Of a stretch of 64,000 nucleotides of DNA, positions 58,673 through 64,000 are shown in pieces. The notes beneath the pieces were generated by a model. That model saw only the letters and a program-made list of their open reading frames with translations, did no database searches and had not been told where the DNA came from. Where the stretch lies: positions 16,499 to 80,498 of the forward strand of contig JBMNPM010000003.1 of NCBI GenBank assembly GCA_050943595.1, in the 5' to 3' direction. This stretch comes from Thermoleophilia bacterium (GTDB lineage: Bacteria > Actinomycetota > Thermoleophilia > RBG-16-64-13). The position numbers and the translations under genes were made by a program. The first letter of the stretch is position 1, and every line of letters begins with the position of its first letter.

Positions 58673-58852
58673 ATGGCTGTTCCCAAGAAAAAGACTTCCC
58701 GCGCCCGCAGAGATAAACGGCGCGCCACTCACGCCGGTACCGCGCCTACTGTGGTTGAGTGTCCGCACTGTCACAGTCCTAGGCTTCCCCATCGGGTGTG
58801 CTCGAACTGCGGCATGTACAACGGCCGCCAGGTTATACAGGTAGAAGAATGA
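58673..58852 (+). CDS. rpmF: 50S ribosomal protein L32 (below the ORF-track size cutoff)
   Basis: Manual translation: [59 protein letters not shown]. Confidence 0.97.
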   Translation: MAVPKKKTSRARRDKRRATHAGTAPTVVECPHCHSPRLPHRVCSNCGMYNGRQVIQVEE

Positions 58853-58935
58853 CGTCCCTCTGCGACTGAACCTGCCGTCCACGAAGAATGGGGTACGCCC
58901 GCTACGGCATTGTGTGTGATGACATCTGTTCTCTG

Positions 58936-58989
58936 AAGGACGCTGCCGCCCGGTGGCGTCCTTTGGTTTTAGGGCCGAACGGCCTAAAA
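58936..58989 (+). terminator. Tandem hairpins after rpmF
   Basis: AAGGACGCTGCC/GGTGGCGTCCTT (58936-63), then TTTTAGG...CCTAAAA (58967-89). Confidence 0.55.
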
Positions 58990-59030
58990 ACTGACGAAGC
59001 GACAAAGAACTTGTAGGCGAGGAGGGTTTC

Positions 59031-61118
59031 ATGGCGTTGTCAGATCCGGCCAAGATAAGGAACATCTCGGTGGTGGGCCATCGCGGAGCGGGGAAGACCT
59101 CGCTGGTCGAGGCTCTGCTGTTCACCGCAGGGGTGAAGAACCGCCTTGGAACGGTCGTGGATGGCACTACGACTATGGATCATGATGAAGACGAGATCAA
59201 GCGGCAGATGACCATCTCCGCCGGCCTGGCACATCTCGATTGGGCCGGTACGAAGATCAACCTCCTCGACACCCCCGGTGAGGCTTCCTTCATCAACGAA
59301 GCCATGGGGACACTGAGTGTGGTCGAGGGTGTTCTCATGACTATCAATGCCGTCAGTAAGGTTGAAGTGCAGACCGAACGCCTGTGGAAAAAGGCCAGCG
59401 ACATGCAGGTCTCGCGGGTGGTAGCGGTAAACATGATGGATCGTGAGCGAGCCTACTTCGATGAGGCCCTCGATGCCCTCCAAACCCGTTTTGGCGACAC
59501 GGTGGCGGCAGTAGCTCTGCCCATCGGTGAAGAGGCCGGCTTCGAGGGCGTAGTGGACCTTTTGGAGATGAAGGCCTACGTCTACTCGGGGGGCACCGGT
59601 AAAGGTGCTGAACAGGCCATCCCGGACAACATGAAGACTGCAGTCGATGAGGCCCACGAGCGACTCATCGACCGGGTGGCGGAGGCCGACGACGTGCTCC
59701 TTGAGAAGTATTTGGAAGGCGTCGAACTCACAAAGCAGGAGGTCGCCTCCGCCCTCGAGAGTGCCGTAGCCGCCGGCGCCCTTTGTCCGGTCGTGCCTGT
59801 GTCGGCCACCAAGAACATCGGGGTCGACCGGCTGCTACAGCTCATACTCAGCGTCCCCTCACCATTGGCTAAGGGAGCTCGGACCGCCCTTCAGGGAAGC
59901 AGCGGCACCGACGAGCAGGAGTTGCCGGTGGACGCGACGGCTCCCACCACGATGTTCGTCTTCAAGACCATATACGACCAGTTCTCGGGGCGTGTAAACC
60001 TGGCACGCATCTTCTCCGGGAAGATTGCCACCGACACTCAACTCCTCAATATGCGCACCTCTGAAAAGGAGCGCACCGGCAACATCCTGGCTATGACCGG
60101 CAAGGAGACCAAAGCCATCGAAGATGCCGGAGCAGGCGACATCGTGGCTTTGGCCAAACTGAAAGATACGGGAACGGGGGACACCCTATGCGACCCGGCT
60201 CATCCCGTCCGCCTACCCAGCTACGAGTTTCCGCCGCCCGCCATCTCCTTTGCCATCACGCCCAAGACGAGAGGCGATGAAGAGAAGGTCTCCAACGGCC
60301 TGCGCCGGCTGAGCGAGGAAGATCCTGCCATGGAACTGCGTTTCGACACGCAGACCAAAGAGATGATTATTGCCGGGACCAGCCAGGTACACGTAGAGGT
60401 CATCCTCGACAAACTCAAGCGGCGTTTCGGCGTGGAAGTGGATCTACACCCACCGCAGGTGCCGTATCGCGAGACCATCAAGAAGAAGGCCAGCGCTCAG
60501 GGACGACATAAGAAGCAGACCGGTGGCCGGGGACAGTTTGGCGATTGCTGGATTGAGGTGGAACCGCTGCCGCGCAGTGAGGGCTACCAGTTCGAAGACG
60601 CTATCTTCGGTGGTGCCATCCCGCGCAACTTTATTCCCGCGGTCGAGAAGGGCATCGTGGAGGCTATGGAGCACGGCGTGGTCGCGGGCTATCCCGTGGT
60701 CGATGTAAAGGTCAAGCTCTACGACGGTTCCTACCACACTGTTGATTCGTCGGAACTCGCTTTCAAGCTCGCCGGGAGCCTGGCCTGGAACAAGGCTATG
60801 ACCGAGGCTATGCCCGTACTGCTCGAGCCGGTGATGAACGTCGAAGTGATCGCTCCTGAGGAGAGCATGGGCGACATTATGGGCGACCTTTCCAGCCGAC
60901 GCGGCCGGCCGCAGGGCAGTGAAAGCATGGGTGAGATGCACATAATCCGGGCTCAAGTCCCTCTAGCAGAGATGCTCACCTATGCCGCTCAACTCCGTTC
61001 AATGACTGCGGGGAGAGGTTCGTTCACCCTGGAGTTCGACCATTACGAAGAAGTGCCCTCTCACCTCACGGAGAAGATCGTAGCTGACGTCAAGGCCCGC
61101 AAAGCGGCCGAATCATGA
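59031..61118 (+). CDS. fusA: Elongation factor G-like paralog (EF-G2 type)
   Basis: Full five-domain EF-G architecture (KKQTGGRGQFG, DGSYH.VDSSE.AF, LRSMT.GRG) but divergent G motifs, and not in an rpsL-rpsG-tuf context. Confidence 0.9.
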   Translation: MALSDPAKIRNISVVGHRGAGKTSLVEALLFTAGVKNRLGTVVDGTTTMDHDEDEIKRQMTISAGLAHLDWAGTKINLLDTPGEASFINEAMGTLSVVEGVLMTINAVSKVEVQTERLWKKASDMQVSRVVAVNMMDRERAYFDEALDALQTRFGDTVAAVALPIGEEAGFEGVVDLLEMKAYVYSGGTGKGAEQAIPDNMKTAVDEAHERLIDRVAEADDVLLEKYLEGVELTKQEVASALESAVAAGALCPVVPVSATKNIGVDRLLQLILSVPSPLAKGARTALQGSSGTDEQELPVDATAPTTMFVFKTIYDQFSGRVNLARIFSGKIATDTQLLNMRTSEKERTGNILAMTGKETKAIEDAGAGDIVALAKLKDTGTGDTLCDPAHPVRLPSYEFPPPAISFAITPKTRGDEEKVSNGLRRLSEEDPAMELRFDTQTKEMIIAGTSQVHVEVILDKLKRRFGVEVDLHPPQVPYRETIKKKASAQGRHKKQTGGRGQFGDCWIEVEPLPRSEGYQFEDAIFGGAIPRNFIPAVEKGIVEAMEHGVVAGYPVVDVKVKLYDGSYHTVDSSELAFKLAGSLAWNKAMTEAMPVLLEPVMNVEVIAPEESMGDIMGDLSSRRGRPQGSESMGEMHIIRAQVPLAEMLTYAAQLRSMTAGRGSFTLEFDHYEEVPSHLTEKIVADVKARKAAES

Positions 61119-61315
61119 TCGAGGCGCGGCCACCCGGTTCAGCCGGCCTGGCTGGGCTGAACCGGGTGGCCGCGCTGCCTATCCTTAGCGCTTATCTCTA
61201 CCGACATCCATGCATCCATCGCAGCATCATCCCGAGGGCCTTCCCGACAGGACTTCTGCAAGAAATATTGTATTATTGTCCATGTGCAATAAGCATACCT
61301 ATGGGGGATGACTAG

Positions 61316-62179
61316 GTGGAGGGTCCGGTATCCAGACGGCTGAGCGACATACTGCGCGGAGAGTTTGACACCTTCTCCCGCGCACAGAGGGACGTTGCCC
61401 GTTACATCATCGACCACCTCGAAGAGGTGGGCTATCTCAGCGCCGAAGAACTGGGCCACATGGGCAATACATCGAGTTCGACAGTGGTGCGTTTTGCGCA
61501 GTCTCTTGGCTTCAGAGGGTATCCGGAATTACAGAAGGCCGCCCGCGACGAATACCGGTTGGGGGTCACCGCTCGACCGACGATTAACGATGACCAGCTG
61601 GGCTTCCCCATTGAGGAGGACATACTCACACGCTCTCTCCAGACCGATGCGCTCAGCCTGCGCGAGACTATCAAGAAGAATGACCCGGCCCGCTTTACCC
61701 GGGCCGTCGAGGCGATAGCCGAGGCGCGCCTCGTCCTAACCGTGGGTCTCCACGAGGCAGCTGTGGTAGCGGAATATGCTGAATACATATTCGAGCTACT
61801 CGGTATCCCATGTGTCTCCTTGACGGGAGGCAGCGAAGCGAACGTGGCCCGCCTCGCCCGCATAGGATCGGAGGACGTCCTCATGGCTGTAGGCTTCCGG
61901 CGCGCTCATGTAGTGACGGTGTCGTTCGCGAAGAAGGCGGCCGCGTCAGGGGCCACCGTGGTTGTTATCACGGACAATGCCCTGTCGGAGCTGGCGGACG
62001 AGGGCAGGCTCACCCTCTATGCCGATATCGACTCCACCTTCTTCGTTCCTTCACTGGTGGGGCCCCTGGGCTTGGTTACGGCCCTGGGGGCAGCCGTCTA
62101 CACACGTGACCACCATCGCCATGGCGGCGGACTGAAGATAGTGCGCGACCACGCTGCCGAATCGGGCCGGCTCAACTGA
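61316..62179 (+). CDS. MurR/RpiR family transcriptional regulator
   Basis: SSSTVVRFAQSLGF.GY.EL HTH plus SIS domain (VVITD...S.L). Confidence 0.92.
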   Translation: MEGPVSRRLSDILRGEFDTFSRAQRDVARYIIDHLEEVGYLSAEELGHMGNTSSSTVVRFAQSLGFRGYPELQKAARDEYRLGVTARPTINDDQLGFPIEEDILTRSLQTDALSLRETIKKNDPARFTRAVEAIAEARLVLTVGLHEAAVVAEYAEYIFELLGIPCVSLTGGSEANVARLARIGSEDVLMAVGFRRAHVVTVSFAKKAAASGATVVVITDNALSELADEGRLTLYADIDSTFFVPSLVGPLGLVTALGAAVYTRDHHRHGGGLKIVRDHAAESGRLN

Positions 62180-62277
62180 GTCGCGTGCGTTGAAGGCGTC
62201 CGAGGCCTCGGCTAAACTCTGACTCACGTTGAGACTGAGACTACGGGAGTACAGAACTCCTCTGCGGAGGTTGAGAC

Positions 62278-63030
62278 ATGGCGGGGCACTCAAAGTGGGC
62301 GGGTATCAAGCATAAAAAGGCGGTCGTCGATGCCAAGAGAGGAAAACTCTTCGGAAAATTAGCCCGCGCCATAACCGTCGCCGCCCGCGAAGGCGGGGGA
62401 GACCCCGATCACAACGCCGCCCTAGCGCAGGCCATCGTCAAGGCCAAAGATGCGAATATGCCCAACGACAATATCGACCGCGCCATCAAGAAGGGTGCCG
62501 GCGGTTTGGGGGACGCTGAAACCTATCAACACCTCACCTACGAGGGTTATGGTCCCAACGGTGTGGCCGTGTACGTCGCCGTCCTTACCGACAACAAGAA
62601 TCGGACGGCGGCCGATATGCGCCACATCTTCGATCGCAGCGGGGGCAAGCTGGGCACCGACGGTTCCGTGAGTTGGATGTTTGAGCGCAAGGGTGTCATC
62701 TTCGTTGACGCGACCGGGTGGAATGAGGACGAATTCATGATGGCCGCCATAGAGGCCGGAGCCGAAGACGTCGTTCTTGAAGGAGAGATGTTCGAGGTCC
62801 ATACCGACGCCGTCGACTTCATGGCCGTGCGGGGCGCTCTCGAGCAGGCCGGCGTCAAGTACTCTTCCGCCGAGCTCACCATGATCCCCAAGAGTACCGT
62901 CGCACTCGACGAGTCCGACGCCCGTAAGACCCTCAAGTTATTGGACGCTCTTGAGGACAACGATGACGTCCAAGAAGTCTATGCCAACTTTGACATACCC
63001 GATAACGTCATGGAAGCACTGACGGAGTGA
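62278..63030 (+). CDS. yebC: YebC/PmpR family protein
   Basis: MAGHSKW..IKH.K, YEGYGP.G, TDN.NRT, LEDNDDVQ.VY.N. Confidence 0.97.
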   Translation: MAGHSKWAGIKHKKAVVDAKRGKLFGKLARAITVAAREGGGDPDHNAALAQAIVKAKDANMPNDNIDRAIKKGAGGLGDAETYQHLTYEGYGPNGVAVYVAVLTDNKNRTAADMRHIFDRSGGKLGTDGSVSWMFERKGVIFVDATGWNEDEFMMAAIEAGAEDVVLEGEMFEVHTDAVDFMAVRGALEQAGVKYSSAELTMIPKSTVALDESDARKTLKLLDALEDNDDVQEVYANFDIPDNVMEALTE

Positions 63031-63593
63031 CGCGCTTATCTGGTTACATGAACAACCACGGTGGCCGGGTGATCATGGGACTCGATCCCGGCACCGCTTC
63101 TACCGGATACGGCGTCATCCATGCAGTCGGCAACCATCTCAGGGCCCTTGACTTCGGGGTCATCGAGACGGCGGCAAATACCCCACTCGAATGCCGGCTG
63201 GGGGAGATCTTCGATGAAGTAGGCCGGCTCCTACAGCTGCATCGGCCTTCGGCCACAGCCATAGAGTCGCTCTTCTTCAACGTGAACGTACGCACCGCAC
63301 TGGCCGTCGGGCAGGCCCGCGGAGTCACTCTTCTGGCCTGCTCGCGGGCCGGTTGTGAAGTGTTCGAGTACACTCCTCAGCAGGTAAAACTGGCCGTGGC
63401 CGGCTACGGCAAGGCGGACAAGGACCAAGTCATGGAAATGGTCAAGGCACTGCTCGGACTACGGCAACCGCCGCGTCCCGACCACGCATCAGACGCTCTG
63501 GGTGTGGCCATCTGCCACGCGAACACCTGCGGAATACGCGAGCGGGTCGAACAATGCCGCGCCGGCGGTGCCCGCGAGGTTGGACTACGATGA
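63027..63593 (+). CDS. ruvC: Crossover junction endodeoxyribonuclease RuvC
   Basis: GLDPG...GYGVI, AIE.LFF, GQARG, G.G.A.K.QV, D.SDAL..A.CH. Alternative start 63048. Confidence 0.96.
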   Translation: MTRLSGYMNNHGGRVIMGLDPGTASTGYGVIHAVGNHLRALDFGVIETAANTPLECRLGEIFDEVGRLLQLHRPSATAIESLFFNVNVRTALAVGQARGVTLLACSRAGCEVFEYTPQQVKLAVAGYGKADKDQVMEMVKALLGLRQPPRPDHASDALGVAICHANTCGIRERVEQCRAGGAREVGLR

Positions 63594-64000
63594 TCGAGCG
63601 GCTGACCGGCATCGTAGCAGCCAAAAGCGCGGAGGCCGTGATCCTTGATGTCAATGGGGTGGGATTTCGCATGGAGGTGTCTGCAGCGACCCTGAAGACT
63701 GTGGCCCCGGTGGGGACCGCAGCCGTGCTCTTCACACACCTTCACGTTCGTGAAGACCTTCTGCAATTATTCGGTTTCTCCAGCGAAGAGGAGCGAGAGC
63801 TATTCCGTCTTTTTCTAACCGTAAGCAGGATAGGGCCCAAAGTGGCATTGGCCGCCTTGTCCTACCGGCGACCTCCTGAGCTGCGCAGGGCGTTGGCCGC
63901 GGGTGATGTGACCCTCCTCTCCTCTGTGCCGGGCATTGGGCGCAGGACGGCGGAGAGGCTGGTTGTGGAACTGAAGGAGAAGGTGGGGGAGACGATAACC
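63590..64000 (+). CDS. ruvA: Holliday junction branch migration protein RuvA (3'-truncated by window edge)
   Basis: Manual translation: MIERLTG...DVNGVG...HVRED..QLFGF...IGPKVAL...VPGIGRRTAERLVVELK. Confidence 0.95.
   Translation, partial: MIERLTGIVAAKSAEAVILDVNGVGFRMEVSAATLKTVAPVGTAAVLFTHLHVREDLLQLFGFSSEEERELFRLFLTVSRIGPKVALAALSYRRPPELRRALAAGDVTLLSSVPGIGRRTAERLVVELKEKVGETIT

Noticed and set aside
61115-61315. 66-aa ORF between the EF-G paralog and the RpiR gene
   Set aside because: Spans the AT-rich promoter region and has no protein-like features; likely spurious.

Overview
A GC-rich, gene-dense core-genome segment, almost entirely on the + strand, with many 4-nt NTGA stop/start overlaps. 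Gene order: nusA-ylxR-infB-DUF503-rbfA-DHH-truB-ribF, then an insert (degenerate cell-wall-binding ORF plus an unknown Trp-rich membrane protein), then rpsO-pnp-M16 peptidase-dapB-rnj-ftsK, an apparent selU remnant, rodZ-rimO-pgsA-thpR-recA-recX-rny-miaB-miaA-dapF-dapL-dut. Next come a type IV major pilin with four minor pilins, a Cys-rich ORF-rnz-tRNA-Arg(CCG), lipB, a zinc-ribbon ORF, a divergent polysaccharide deacetylase / DUF4015 hydrolase pair, thioesterase-metK-priA-def-fmt-rpe, an FMN riboswitch with ribD-ribE-ribBA-ribH, rpmB, DUF1858-Asp23-DAK2-recG-rsmD-coaD-coiled-coil ORF-yceD-rpmF, a divergent EF-G paralog, an RpiR regulator, and yebC-ruvC-ruvA (partial). Gene content suggests a deep-branching Actinomycetota (Thermoleophilia-like); this is inference. 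I saw no CRISPR array, prophage, IS or defence system. The most unusual signals are: a long structured, possibly switchable leader on rny; short tandem duplications centred on stop codons; two eroded gene remnants; candidate CTG and ATC start codons; an orphan WP-repeat membrane protein; a Cys-rich protein coupled to RNase Z next to a CCA-less tRNA overlapped antisense by lipB; and an EF-G paralog with altered GTPase motifs. All calls are by eye from motifs and synteny; no searches were run.
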